Below, in pieces: positions 11,471 through 24,114 of a stretch of DNA of 64,000 bases. Under the pieces are notes generated by a model, which worked only from the letters and a program-made list of their open reading frames with translations, was not told where the DNA came from and did not search any database. Positions within the stretch are counted from its first letter, which is position 1. Every line of letters starts with the position of its first letter. Source of the DNA: an uncultured Phycisphaerales bacterium. GTDB lineage: Bacteria > Planctomycetota > Phycisphaerae > Tepidisphaerales > Tepidisphaeraceae. The stretch is from contig CAVWLP010000003.1 in the NCBI GenBank assembly GCA_963755915.1, positions 1,408,001 to 1,472,000 on the forward strand, given 5' to 3'. Both the position numbers and the translations under genes were made by a program.

Positions 11471-14400
11471 TCAAGGGTGCGCTGCGGCTTTGAGCGACGC
11501 CAAAGCCTCCTGCGAGAGGGCGACGTTCCAGATGGTCATGTCGCGCACCTGGCCCGCGAACGTCCGCTGCTTGTCCCAAGGGTCGAGCGGGGCGAGCCAG
11601 ACGCGCGGATCATCATCGGCAAGTTCGACGGAATTGCGGCCGATGACCCGGCCATTTTTGTAAACCGTCAATACGCTGCCGTCGTACGTAGCCGTGAGCA
11701 TTTGCCATTCGCTCAAGTCGAAAATCGAGTTGGTATCGATATCGCGGTTGGTGCTCCAGAAATGAATATGGCCGTCGAAGACGCACAGATATCGCCCCAG
11801 GCCATCGCCGGCATCGTCGCAATGGCCGAACCCGGCGATGATCGTATAGTCGAGCGGCATTCGATCCGCGCACGAACATGTTGAGCGTCCAGGGATTGCC
11901 GCGATTGACGGGCAATTTCGCAACCCGCTCACCGCGGGCGTCGGCGGGCAGATTTAGCGAATCGGCGTGATAGACGGGGCCGGAGACGTTGAAAGCAATC
12001 GGGGTTGGATCGACGGGATTGGCGGCGGGGGAAATGTCGGTGATTCCGGAGATGGTGAGCTGATGCGACCCTGCCGGCAGCGGCTGGGCAAATTTCAGCT
12101 TTACGCTCATTGCATCGGGCGAAAGCTGGGCGGAAATCACCTCCGCCGGCGGCTCCAGGTGATAGTTTGCCGGATTCTCGGCGGAACTTTTTTCCAGCGA
12201 TTCGGAGAAGGCGACGGTCGCCTCGGGCATTATGTTTACGCAGGAGATGCTTTTGATGGAAGGAGGGGTGGTGTCGTGGATGTCGAATTGCGCCGTGGCG
12301 ACGGGCCCGCCGTTGCCCTCCGCGTCGAATTCGCGCGCTTCGACGGTCATACCTTTCACGGCGGCGAATGGGCCGGAATAAACGGGGGAGCTGAGCGTGG
12401 GCGTCGTGCCATCAATCGTGTAGTGAAGCCCGCCATCGTGCCAGTAAAGCGGATGGGCGATGGTGATCCACATCTCTTCACTGCCTGTTCCACCGGGCGG
12501 CGAAATCTGCGGGGCGTCATTCGCCTGGTGATCTTGCAGCGTATCGTAAAGCGGGATGGCGGCGCGCGCGTCATCGTGTACGTTGCTCGCGGCCGTCATC
12601 GCGAAGATGCGGATATTCGGATTGCGCGGAAGCACCACCGTCTTCGCCCCCGCGGGAACGTCCAGGGCGTATTTGAACAGATAGCAGAAGCGATAATATT
12701 CGTTGCCGGTGTCAGGGTTGTGCCGGTAAGAGCTGAACCAGGCGACAGTGTCGGGCCTGATATAACCCGGCGTCAGCCCGGCAAATTTGTTGTTCCAGTT
12801 GTAGGTGAGCGCGGGAATGACGCCCCGCCAGAGCCGCGTATCCCACTGGCCAATGTAACCGCTCCAATTCTGGACCTTGAGCTGAATCGGCCGGCCGCCA
12901 ACTTCAAATTCGTCGGTCTGATCGCCGCCGAGAGCGGAGGCCAGGAGATAAATCTTCTCGGAGCCGGATGGAATCGCGATTTCCTGCCCCTGGCAGGCAA
13001 CGGCATTTTTCTGGCCGTCGGCGGTTGAGCCAACATTAAACGGAATCCCTTCGCTGACGATCTTCGGGGGAAGCGCCTCGGCGGGATACGTTCTTCCGGC
13101 CTCGTCGAAGGCCCCGTCGGCAAGATTATCGTGGGAGCTGACGACATCCAGGTCGTAATTCAGCGCCAATGGCTGAGTGACAGACGGCGAAAGCGGAGCA
13201 GCCGCTGGCGATAACTGCACCGAAAACGTCCGCAGACCAAATGGCTGGATATCAAAAACAATTTTCCCGTCTTGGCACGTCGCCGGCGCGATTTCGCGCT
13301 CCTGGCCGTCCACTTCATCAGCGGCAACAACCGGGGCGGCGAATCCAAGCTCAACGCCGTGCACATCGCTGCCGGTCAGTTCATTCACTCGAACGATGAT
13401 CCGCTCGCCATCCTCCGCCTTTTTCAGCGCGATCACTTTCACGCGATCGTCGCTGCAATTGACCATCGAAAACGATTTGCCCAGCGGCCCATCATGCGGC
13501 GTCGCCTCAAACGCAATCAGCGGCTGATTCAATCTCGCCCCCATCCACGGAACCTCCGCGCTTTGCCAGCTTCCCGCGTGCGGCGCAATCGCGTAGAGCA
13601 TTTCGTGTCGGCCAAGGTCCTGCGTCGCCTGGTCCTGGTAATTCGTGTCGGCCTCCGGCGTATAAAGCAGCGTCAACCGAAGCGTGTTGTCGCTCGGCTT
13701 GTCCGATCCGTATTTGCAATCATTCAGCACGCCCACGCCATAGGAAGCATCCGGCGAATCCAGATCAAACCACTTCTGCTGCGGCACTTCGAATTTTTTT
13801 GGATTGTTATTCCCGCGCGGCACCGCCGCCGACTGCGATTCGTAAATCGCGTCCGGATTGCCGATGCCCAGCGGGAAGACCGCCTTAAGGCTCGACTGCT
13901 GCGTTTGCCAGTCGATGTGCGTTTCGATTTCGATGCGATCTCCGGCATCGCCGCCGGCAAGACGGACGATCTGCACGAACTTCGAGCCGCGCGCGTTGCG
14001 GGTGATTTGCAGCGCCGCCCGCACCGGCCCTTTCTCGATCACGCGAATCTCCGCCGGGCCGTCAACATAGCCAACCGGCGGCTTCTCCCGATCCTTCCAG
14101 TCCATATTCCACGCCGGATACTGAGCCGGATTCTCATGCAAAAACGCCAGACGCATGGGCGCGGAAAGAACCTCGCGATTGTTTTTCTTGTCAAAGATCG
14201 AAGCGATGTCCCCATTGGGATTGACCGTTACGCGAAACCTGGAGTTCTCGAGATGATTCGGATCGGCGGATGCTTCCCAATCCATCGGCAACGACAGGTC
14301 GGAGAGAAACGCCCGGTATGCCGCGAAACCCATGGGCGGAACTTTGGCGAGGAACAGAACGTGCACCCTGTTTCCGCCGAGGCTTTCGAATTGCGAGGGG

Positions 14401-15733
14401 ACCGGTTTTCCGTCTGGGCCGATCACCTCGTTGGCCATGCCTTCAGCGGGCGTGAATGTCGCCTCAACGACATCTTCGTGCGCGATCGAGAGCGGGTTAT
14501 AGACAACGATATTACTGTCGCGCGTATCCATCCCCTTGATGACCGCGCCGGCGGCATCCTGGGTGATGGCGGCAAACTGGTTCATGTCGAGCACCATGTT
14601 GTTCCAGGAATATTCGTACGCCTTGGGGATCATGGTGCCGGCCATGGTGTCGTGAAAATGCGCGCCGAGCACGAGCCGCCAGGCATTGGCGAGTTTTTGC
14701 GCGGATAGGCGCATGAGCCGAGCCAGTCGGCCATCACGGATGCCGACTCGGCAGCGGAGGCAAGCTGCTCGCTCTTGCGGTTGAGCCGTTTGACGAACGC
14801 CTGGGAAGAAAGCGATCCCGCCGAATGATTTGTCAGCAGAAGATCGCCCTGATACCGGGGCAGTTTCGCGACCTGGTCTTTGGTGAGATCCAGAAACATC
14901 TGGTCGGAGCGCGAGGAGACGACCTTGATGGGCCCATTGGAGGTGACGCTCTTTTCAACCCAGGCAACCGAATCTTCCGAAGGCGCTCCGCCGCGGTCGC
15001 CGGTGCCGTAGTAGTGATAATCGACGGCTACGCCGCTGCGTTTAAAATCGTCGTCGAGGCGGGCGATCCATTTCGGATCGGAGGTGAGGTTGTCGTCAAC
15101 CGTGGACGTGTAGCTGAGCGGATTGAGCGCCGCGACGACGCCGCGACCATCGGGGCCGACCCAGACGCCGACGTTGAATGGAATCCCCACGGCCGATCCC
15201 CACGTCAGCTTCTGCGTCGAAAATCCCTTCAGCCCGCAGTGCGCCAGGATGCTGGGCAGCGACGCCTGAAACCCAAAACAGTCCGGCAGCATGAATTCCG
15301 CGCTGGCTTCGCCGAATTCCTTGCGGAAGAATTCGTTGCCGTAGAGCACCTGGCGAATCAGCGCCTCGCCGGAGGGCATGTTCGCATCACCCTCTTCCAT
15401 CGACGACCCCGCCGGATACCACCGCCCCGCCGCCACGTAGGCTTTGAGCCTCTGGTAATCCTTCGGGTAATACTCCTTCATCATCATGTAGCGATTGGCG
15501 CCGGTGAAGTTGAAGATGTAATGGGGGTATTTGTCGAAGAGGCGAAAATTGTCCTCCATCGTCTTGCGCAAAAATTCCGCGATCACCTGCGGATAGCTCC
15601 AGCGCCATTGGGTGTCGAGGTGCGCGTAGCCGACGACGTAGAGGACTTTCGGCTGGCTGGAAGGAAGCGTCTGTGCGAAGCACGCGCCGGTGGCGAGAAA
15701 CAGGACCGCTATAAACTGTAAAACCCTCGTCAT
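11471..15733 (-). CDS. Secreted multidomain GH38 alpha-mannosidase with C-terminal Fn3-associated/Ig-like/LamG-like domains (frameshifts near 14700 and 11868)
   Basis: Signal peptide MTRVLQFIAVLF..., YAHLDTQWRW, LPDCFG, HFHDTMAG, NDCKYG; YTIDGTTPT..SPVYSGP; WQMLTATYDG..L.VY.NG. Confidence 0.88.
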
Positions 15734-15828
15734 GATTCGCCGAGAATACCCGGTGCGCGGTCGATGTCTCAAGCGATGGGACGCCATGTTGCACCCGAAC
15801 GTTTTTTCTTAAAATCTGATTTATATCT

Positions 15829-15850
15829 GACTTCGGCGAGCTCAGTCGAG
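15829..15850 (+). repeat. 22-bp REP-like element, copy 1
   Basis: GACTTCGGCGAGCTCAGTCGAG, identical to 22239-22260. Confidence 0.75.
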
Positions 15851-15929
15851 CCGTGGCCATTCTTTTTTGTCTTGGAATTTTGTCGAATCTCCGCCCCCTC
15901 CGGTCATGGAACCTTTCAGTGAGCCACCG

Positions 15930-17582
15930 ATGAGCGATGAATCGGCAACCACGAAGATCGAGCCTTCTCAAAGCGATTCGGCCCTTATCCAGGCCTTTTC
16001 GCGGGATCGATCCGAGCCAGCGTTCGCGGCGCTGGTGGGCCGTCACGCCGGCTGGCTCTACGCCGCCGCCTATCGGCAACTGGGCGATCACCACCTCGCC
16101 GAGGACGCCACCCAGGCCGTCTTCGTTCTCCTTTCACAGCGGGCGAGCCGCATGAAACCAAAACAAAAACTCTCCGGCTGGCTGTTTCTGACGCTCGGTT
16201 ACACCGTGAAGTCGATCACCCGCTCCCGTCGCCGCCGCGAGCATCATGAAAAGCTCGCCGCCAGCCAGCGATCGGAAATCCCAAGTGCCGCCGGTGTCCT
16301 CACCGGCGAACTCGACGGCGCCGTAGCGCTGCTTCCCCGGAAATATCAAGCCGCCATTCTGCTGCGGTTTTACCAGGGTTTGGAAATCCCCACGATCGCT
16401 CAGCAGCTCCAGATCAGCGAAGCCGCGACGCGGAAGCGAATTGAGCGCGCCCTCGACCAACTACGCCGCGCCTCGGTCCCGCGGCCGGCCCCGAGGCGCT
16501 CGCCACCGCCGCCGTCTTCGGCGCGCCGCAAAATCTGCGGTCGCTTTGCGCGGCTTACCCGCGCCTCCCTCGCCGCGCCCGGCAGTTCCATCAGCTCCGG
16601 CGCATCCCTCGCCGCCAAAGGCGCCGCAAACCTCATGCTCGCGGCCAACCTGAAACTCGCTCTTCTTCTCTTGCTTCTGGCTCTCCTGACAGCCGCCCCG
16701 GCCTCGCTAGCCATCTGGTACTTCGAAACCGCCCCACCGCCGCCGCCTTCAGTTCCCGCTGCCGTCGCGCCCATCCCCACGCCCGCGCCGCGCATCGCGC
16801 TGACGCCCGATCAACAGATTCTCGAACAGACTTACGGTTTGCTGCCGGGCGAAACTGTTCGCTGGATCAAACCGCCGTTCATCAAGCAGAGGCCGCTCAT
16901 CTACGCGAAAATACCTTTTTCCGAGACACCCTCCACGTTCATGCTTTGGGATAATAAAAACGCGACGTTTGGAATTTGGGTCTGGAGTTATCCGAGCCTC
17001 CAACCAGGCGATCACCTGAACATGCGGACGATTGCAACCTTTCTCTTACGGCTCGGCGATTATCAGGTCGAGGGCGACAAGCAGCTTCTCAGCACGAGGC
17101 TGCCGGGCGATTTTAGTTGCGACCCCTCGGCAAGCGCCCAGCAGCGGACCGACGCCCTGCAAAAAATCTTCTCGCAGGCCGCTGGATATCCACTCACCCT
17201 CACGTTCCGCCAGGTCGATCGGCCGGTCGTTGTTTTCACCGGAATCTGGCACTCGGTCCTCGGCTCGCAGCGCCACCCCGTGCAAATCTTCGGCCTTAGC
17301 CTGGGAGGCGATCCGAAGACCGATCGGAACTTCACCCAATACCCGGGGGATTGGAACGACGAGCTCGGCGATTGGCTCAACGAACAGGTCCTATTCGAAG
17401 CTCACCGTTTACCGAGGTCGATTGACTTCCACACCAACTCTATCGGCGACGGCTCCCCCGCGGCCAAGGCGCATGCCCACGACCTGAAACTGATCTGCGA
17501 TCACATCGCTCAGCAGACCGGACTGACCTGGACCGAAGAAACCCGCACCGTCCGGAGACTGTTTATCGAGCGGGCGCCATAA
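15930..17582 (+). CDS. ECF sigma factor with TM segment and long extracytoplasmic extension (two compensating indels near 16468 and 16548 likely)
   Basis: AFAALVGRH, AEDATQAVF, LSGWL (region 2); LP.KYQAAILLRFYQG...IAQQLQISE (region 4); hydrophobic LALLLLLLALL segment, Pro-rich linker. Confidence 0.85.
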   Translation: MSDESATTKIEPSQSDSALIQAFSRDRSEPAFAALVGRHAGWLYAAAYRQLGDHHLAEDATQAVFVLLSQRASRMKPKQKLSGWLFLTLGYTVKSITRSRRRREHHEKLAASQRSEIPSAAGVLTGELDGAVALLPRKYQAAILLRFYQGLEIPTIAQQLQISEAATRKRIERALDQLRRASVPRPAPRRSPPPPSSARRKICGRFARLTRASLAAPGSSISSGASLAAKGAANLMLAANLKLALLLLLLALLTAAPASLAIWYFETAPPPPPSVPAAVAPIPTPAPRIALTPDQQILEQTYGLLPGETVRWIKPPFIKQRPLIYAKIPFSETPSTFMLWDNKNATFGIWVWSYPSLQPGDHLNMRTIATFLLRLGDYQVEGDKQLLSTRLPGDFSCDPSASAQQRTDALQKIFSQAAGYPLTLTFRQVDRPVVVFTGIWHSVLGSQRHPVQIFGLSLGGDPKTDRNFTQYPGDWNDELGDWLNEQVLFEAHRLPRSIDFHTNSIGDGSPAAKAHAHDLKLICDHIAQQTGLTWTEETRTVRRLFIERAP

Positions 17583-17612
17583 CTCGAATTCGCGGTGAAC
17601 AAACCCCGTCAA

Positions 17613-19431
17613 TTAAAACTGCCAAGGCGGCCGAAACACCTGCGTCTGCGGATGCGGATTCGCCGCCGTCGGATCCGGCTGAATCAGCCGCGGCAACCAA
17701 TAATTTAGCTCCGGAATGTCATACGCGCTCTTCTCATTCGCATCCACCACATAAATATCCGGCAAAATGAACGATTCCAAATCCCCGTCCGGCACCGATT
17801 CATTCGGTTTAACTTCCGTCCCATCAGGCTTCAGCGTCACCAGATCCCCCCCGCCGACGAATTGGCCAAAATCGGAATTGAAGATGACCAGAATCTTCTG
17901 GTGATGCGCCTTGCTCTCTTCGATCATCCGAAAAGTACGCCGCTCAAAATCGGGGAACATCGTCTCGATCCCGGTCAGGCAGGGAACCGCATAATCAGTG
18001 TCCTTTTCCCGATCCCCCCCGCCCACGAGCAGCAAATCCGCGTGCTGCGCGTCGGCAATCTGTTTCACCTCCCGTGCGATCGCATATAGATGCGACACCG
18101 GAACCGCCGGGCAGATCACCAGTCCATCCGCGTTCAACTCATCGTCGATCGCATCCGACAGTTGCCGATGCTTCACCACCGCCGTGTAAAACGCCCCGCC
18201 CACAAGCACCACCAACGCCAAAGTCGAAACCCACCGAAAGATTTTTTGCGGAATCAGTTTCGGCCGCTCACCCTGAAACAGCACGAAGAGCACCCACGCA
18301 AACACCGCCGGCACCGCCAGCCACATGCGCGAATAGGGATACGAAGCCGTATTGCTCGGCTGCCCGATCCCCACCCGTTCATATGCAAAGGACACAAGCA
18401 TCACGCCCAGCCCGATCACAATCGCAATCACCCCCGCAATTCGCAGACGCATCAGCATCAACGCCGCGAGTATCCCCAGCGCAATCACCAGAAACGCACA
18501 GGCCCATTCGCCCGGCACAAACATGGGAACCAGGTCGGCAAACACCGGGCTCGCCTCCGAGCCTGGGACCGCGAAATGGAAGTAATGAACAAAGTTCGCG
18601 TAGCTCCAGCCAAAAGTATTATCGCGAAGATACAGAATGTAATCCGGATGAACCACGTGATAGAACCGATGCACGTACCACGGATACGGCGTCGCGGCCG
18701 CGATTCCCAGCGGCCCCATCACCCACATTCTCCAGTCCCAAAACCGCGTGATCGCTGCCAGCACTCCCACCGGCGCGAGAAGAATCAGGCAATTCGGATT
18801 CACCTGAAAAGCCACGACCGCCAGTACCCCGGCGAAAAAATATCGCAGTCCCGCGCCAAAACCCTCGCCTCGCCTTCTCGCGCCCCGGCAACAGCAAAAT
18901 CATAGGAACCGCCGCCACCGCCACCCCGTTGATAAACCCCCGCGGAATTCCGCAGATCATCCCATACCGATCCGACATGATCAGCGGAATCAGCAGCACC
19001 ATCCCCGCCAAAACAAAATTCCCCCGCCAGCACGCCACCCCCGCCAGCAAAAGGAACGGCAGCAGATCCAACCCTACCGTCACCAGCGGACACGCGACGT
19101 TATACGGCACATGCACCGCCACCAGCGGCGCCGCCAGCCAACCCTCCAGGCAACAGTTATAATCCTGCCCATAAAACGCCGGCTCAGCGATCCGTCCATG
19201 CAGCAGATCGTGAGCCGCATACCACATGCAGGTCTGATCTTCGTCCGTATATCTGAACAGATATTTCCCGCAAAGTGTGCCCCGGTCCCAAACCAGCGCC
19301 GCCGCGATCGCCCACACCAACCCCACCTTTATCGCCAAAAAAACGAACTCCCCCCGCCCAGGCAAAACCTGGGGCTGCCTCGAATTCTCGGCCGCCGGGG
19401 CCGCGGGATCGCCCGTTCGGGTATCGGTCAT
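17613..19431 (-). CDS. Polytopic membrane protein, possible GT-C-type glycosyltransferase (frameshift near 18850)
   Basis: First TM followed by TDEDQ..MW.AA.D...G...PAFYGQ loop, then many TM helices; continues in ORF 17613..18815. Confidence 0.6.
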
Positions 19432-19577
19432 CCGTTCACCCTTTACTATGACGCACTACTATTTTTCGCGTTGCAAATAATCCCGGTACAATTGCTCCTC
19501 GGCGTCGTCTACCTTGGATATAGTATCCAACAACCGAAATTTCTTCACAAACATTCGACCGGGGAAATGGAGGAGAT

Positions 19578-22222
19578 TTGACCGACCCATCCCAACCGGT
19601 CCCGAAAGGCCGATCACGCACGATCCTTTTCGTCCTCGCGCTTTGCTTCCTCATCTCCCTGACCGGCATCGCCTGGCTCCTCTGGTTGTTCCTCGCCCGC
19701 ACTCCCCCCGTTGCCATCGCCCCGCGAGATGTCTCCGACCAAAACACCCCCGCCACCCCATCCGCTGGATCCACCCCCGGCGAGCTTACCCTCCATCTCG
19801 ATCAATCCGGCTCCCCCATCAGCCCCACCCTTTACGGAATCGCCCTCGAACAAATCAATCACAGCATCGACGGCGGCCTCTATGCCGAGCTTCTACCCAA
19901 CGCCAACCTTGCCGTCTCCTTCCGCGGAATTCGCGGGGGCACTCTCAAAAACGTCGGTGGCAGGATGGTTGTCGCGGGTGGGGAGCTCGTAACCGTCGCC
20001 GAATACTGGTACCTCTCCCAAATCGGCGACGTAAAGGCCGACATGCAACCCGATCCTGACCCAACTGCCCCCAGCCCCAAGAGCCGCCTCCGGCTCACCG
20101 TCTCCTCGATTGGAAGTGGTGGCCGCGCGGCCGTCTGCAACCAGGGCTACTCGGGCATCCCCGTGAAACCCAACTGCACCTACCACGCCTCCTTCTACGC
20201 CAAGGCCGGCAGCGATTTCTCCGGCCCCCTCGTCGCCAGCATTCAATCCCAGGAGAGCCAAACCGTCTTCGCCTCCGCAACCATTGACAAAATCGATCAA
20301 ACCTGGCGCCGCTACGATGTAGATCTGAAAACCCCCGGCAACATCACCCCTTCCTACTCCAACAACATTTTCGAAATCTCCACCAACCACACCGGAACCG
20401 TCTGGCTCGCCGATTTCTCTCTCTTCCCCCCTACCTGGAAAAATCGCCCCAACGGCAATCGCATCGACCTCGCGCAACTGCTCGCAGATCTCAAACCCGG
20501 TTTCATCATCTATCCCGGCGGCGACACCCTCCTCGGCCGAAACCCCCGCTTCAGATTCGATTGGAAAAAATCCATCGGCCCCGTTGAACTCCGTATGACC
20601 ATCCCTTCCGCCTGGGAACGATTGAGCAACGGCTTCGGCCTGATGGAATTTCTCCTCACCTGCGAAGATCTCCATGCCGAACCGGTACTCGCCATCTATG
20701 ACGGCACCTCCAGATTCCAGAACGTCAAGCCCGGGAAAGATCTCCTCCCCTACGTCCAGGATGCCCTCGACGAAATCGAATACGTCACCGGCGACAAGTC
20801 CACCACCTGGGCGCACGCCGCGCCGCCGACGGACACCCCGATCCCTTCCCCCTCTACGTCCTCCAGATCGGCAACAACGAGCAGCTTTACAACCAGGAAA
20901 CCTACGACGCACGCTTCACGCAGTTCTACGACGCCATCAAAGCCAGATATCCCGACCTGAAGCTGATCGGCTGGATGGACCTCGCCACCACCCGCAAGCC
21001 CGATATCTCCCACACCTCCTTCTATAACCCCGCCCGCGAAATCCTCGACCAGAGCAACCACTACGACTCCATCTCCCGCAACGGCCCGCGCTGCGCCACC
21101 GAAGTCAACGCCAAGGAAGGCGATCCCGGCAAAACCCTCTTCGCCGCCCTTGCCGACATGTCCTGGATGCTCGGCGTCCAGCGAAACGCCGAGCTCGTCA
21201 CCATGGCCACCGCCGCCCCCACCTTCATCGATTGCGACGCCGGCGAACAGGAGCATCCCGCCAATCTCATCGGCTTCAATCCCGTCTCCAGCTACGGCTC
21301 CCCCTCCTACTACGCCATGCAAATGTTCAACCTCAACAAGGGCGACACCGTCATCCCCATCCAATTCGCTCCACCCGAACTCAACCCTCCCGCCGCCGAA
21401 CCAACACCCCACGGCGCCATCGGCGTAGGAAGCTGGGGCTCAACCGTCGAATTCCGCGACTTCAAAGTCACCGCCCCCGATGGCTCAATCCTCTTTCAAA
21501 CCAATTCCAACTCCCCCCTCAAAGACTGGCGCATCGGCGAGGGTTCGTGGAAAATGAACCAGGGTACCTTGACCCAAACCGGCGACCTGATCGACTGCAC
21601 CGCCGTCGTCGGCGACCCCAATTGGACCGACTACACCCTCACCCTCAAGGCCAGAAGACTTTCCGGCATCGAAGGATTCCTCATCCTCTTCCGCGCCGCC
21701 GATTCCGGAAACTTCGTCTGGTGGAACGTCGGTGGCTGGAACAACTACCGCACCGGACTCGAACAAACCATCGACGGCGACAAGCTCTTCCTCGGCAACC
21801 AGGTCCAGAACACCATCCAACCCGGCCGCTGGTACGACATCCGCGTCGAAGTCAAAGGCTCCCAAATCACCTGCTATCTCGACAACGCCCCCATCCTCGT
21901 CGCCCGGCAGCGCTCCCACATCCCCGCGTCAGGCCCCATCTCCGCCGCCGCCAGCCGTGATACCCAGACCAGCGACGTGATCCTGAAACTCGTCAATCCC
22001 AACCCCATCCCCGCCGTCGTCAACATCAACCTCGCCGGCGCCTCCGCCATCTCCGACACCGGCACGCTTGAAGTCCTGCAAGGCTCCCCCGGCGACGTCA
22101 ACACCCTCAACTCCCCCGAAAAAATCGTTCCCGTCACCACCACAATCCATTACCCCGCCCCCCGCTTCTCCCACGAATTTCCGCCGTATTCGATAAGCAT
22201 CCTGCGTCTAAAACCGAAGTAA
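19578..22222 (+). CDS. GH51 alpha-L-arabinofuranosidase-like protein with N-terminal membrane anchor and DUF1080-like insert (frameshift near 20811)
   Basis: LYGIALEQINHSIDGGLYAELL, FSLFPPTWKNRPNGNRIDL, YPGG, YVQDALDEIEYVTG, SYGSPSYY, KLVN, FPPYSISILRL. Confidence 0.85.
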
Positions 22223-22238
22223 CAACCCAGTGCCGCCG

Positions 22239-22260
22239 GACTTCGGCGAGCTCAGTCGAG
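22239..22260 (+). repeat. 22-bp REP-like element, copy 2
   Basis: Identical to 15829-15850; nested in a CCGCCGG...CCGGCGG inverted pair between convergent genes. Confidence 0.75.
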
Positions 22261-22282
22261 GCGTGTCCCCACCGGCGGAATC

Positions 22283-22691
22283 CTAAGTCTTCGTAAAATG
22301 AAACCGCACCCCAACCCCCTGCGCCGCCACCAACAACACTTCCACCGCCTTCAAATCCCGCAAAATCGGATTCGGCTGCTTAAAATCGTTCAGCTTCTTA
22401 TTCACATATTCCGCCAGCGCCCGCACCGTCTTCAGCCCCTCCGCCGCATCAAACCACGTCTCCGGCGGCAGGCGCATCTTCGCCGCATCAAACCCCTCCG
22501 CCTCAAGCTGCGCCCGCAGAACCGCATGGCTCTCCGACCTCATCGAAGTCAGATCCGGCACATGACAACACCGCGCTGCGAAATCCAGCTTGTCCGCCTC
22601 GCGCCAGTGACTTGCCGGTCCCCGCCTTCGCATACGCGGCCTGCGCCTCGGGCAATTCCTTTTCCAATGTCAGGACAATCGCTTGAGCCAT
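22283..22691 (-). CDS. Hypothetical protein (frameshift near 22602)
   Basis: MAQAIVLTLEK...GKSLAR joins EADKLDFAAR...RFHFTKT when the frame is corrected. Confidence 0.6.
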
Positions 22692-23065
22692 GTCTCAATC
22701 ATAACGGCTCGGGCTCGAACAGGAAAAACGTCGAAAAACCTTCGGCGCCACACCGACGCAACCGGCTTCAACAGGCAGGAGCGTCCCGTTTCCGTCTTAT
22801 TTTTTCTAATCGTCGGAATGTTGATTTTGCTCGTTGTGGTATCTCACCCACACACCTAGGGTGAGAAAAGTAATGCAACGCTAGACTCTTGCCCGGCAAA
22901 GACAAAAGTCATTGAACTCGATTGGACAACACTGAGGAAACGATACTTTCTGCTGTGAAATCAGATCGTTTTTTGCCCGCCTGGATTTTTTAGCGAAGCG
23001 AATATTTTTTCCGGCTCAGGCACTTTGCCTGGCCACTCTGCAAATCTCTTTGAAAGGAGATCGAT

Positions 23066-23623
23066 ATGGATTCCCTGCACGAACTTATGGTTGATGAAAT
23101 CAAAGACCTCTATAGCGCGGAAAACCAGCTTCTCAAAGCCCTGCCCAAGATGGCCAAGAAGGCGTCCTCCAGCCAGTTGAAGGAAGCGTTCACCGGCCAT
23201 CTCAAGGAAACCGAGGGCCACGTGAAACGCCTTCAACAAATCGCCACGATCCTCGATATCGACCTCGGCGGCAAAAAATGCCACGCGATGGAAGGCCTCG
23301 TCGAAGAAGGAAGTGAAGTTCTCGAGGAAGACGGACCCGAGGCCGTGATCGACACCGCCCTCATCGGCACGGCCCGCCGCGTCGAACACTACGAAATGGC
23401 CGCCTACTGCGCCACCCGCGGAATGGCCGAGCAACTGGGCAACGATGATGTCGCCAAACTTCTCGAAGAGACGGTCGACGAAGAAGAAGCAGCGGATGAG
23501 AAGCTGAAAACGATCGCCCAGGACGAGGTCATGCCCGCCGCCGCCGAATCCACGGAAGAAGAAGACGCCCAAGAAGAAAGCGATCGTCCAGTCAAAACAT
23601 CAAAAGCAAGGAGCGCCAAGTGA
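23066..23623 (+). CDS. Ferritin-like DUF892 (YciE/YciF) protein
   Basis: IKDLYSAENQLLKALPKMAK, HLKETEGHVKRL, C.AMEGLVEE, VEHYEMAAY; GAAAGGAG RBS. Confidence 0.92.
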   Translation: MDSLHELMVDEIKDLYSAENQLLKALPKMAKKASSSQLKEAFTGHLKETEGHVKRLQQIATILDIDLGGKKCHAMEGLVEEGSEVLEEDGPEAVIDTALIGTARRVEHYEMAAYCATRGMAEQLGNDDVAKLLEETVDEEEAADEKLKTIAQDEVMPAAAESTEEEDAQEESDRPVKTSKARSAK

Positions 23624-24050
23624 ACAGAACATTTTTCTATTGATCTGCGGCCTGGGACTGGCGAGCTGCGAGAAACAACCTGATGTTTCGCAGTCGCCGA
23701 GCCCCACCGCGCCTGCGGTGGCGACGCCGGATGCGCCCTCCGCCCCGGCCACTCAGCCTGACAACACCGGCATCAATTCCCGCGATCAAGTGCAGGGCGC
23801 GGTGACCGCGGGAACTCAGGGTCAGGGGCAGAGCGATGTTGACGCCACAGCCCAGATTCGCCGTCAAATCATGAAGGCGAATCTTTCCGTTACCGCCCAG
23901 AACGCAAAAGTGATCACGCAAAACGGAAAGGTGACTCTACGCGGCCCCGTAAACACGCAGGCTGAATCCGATACGATCACTCACATCGCCGCCGATGTCG
24001 TGGGCGCGAACAACGTGGATAACCAGCTTGAAATCAAGCCGAACAGTTAA
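23620..24050 (+). CDS. BON-domain lipoprotein (probable 1-nt error in the T-run near 23635)
   Basis: LGLASC lipobox; PDNTGINSRD, KVITQNGKVTLRGPV, VDNQLEI. Confidence 0.85.
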
Positions 24051-24114
24051 ATCCCATGTCTATATCTAAGTCTAGGTCTATTCCTTCTAAAACTTTTTAA
24101 ACCAGGAGATTCAA

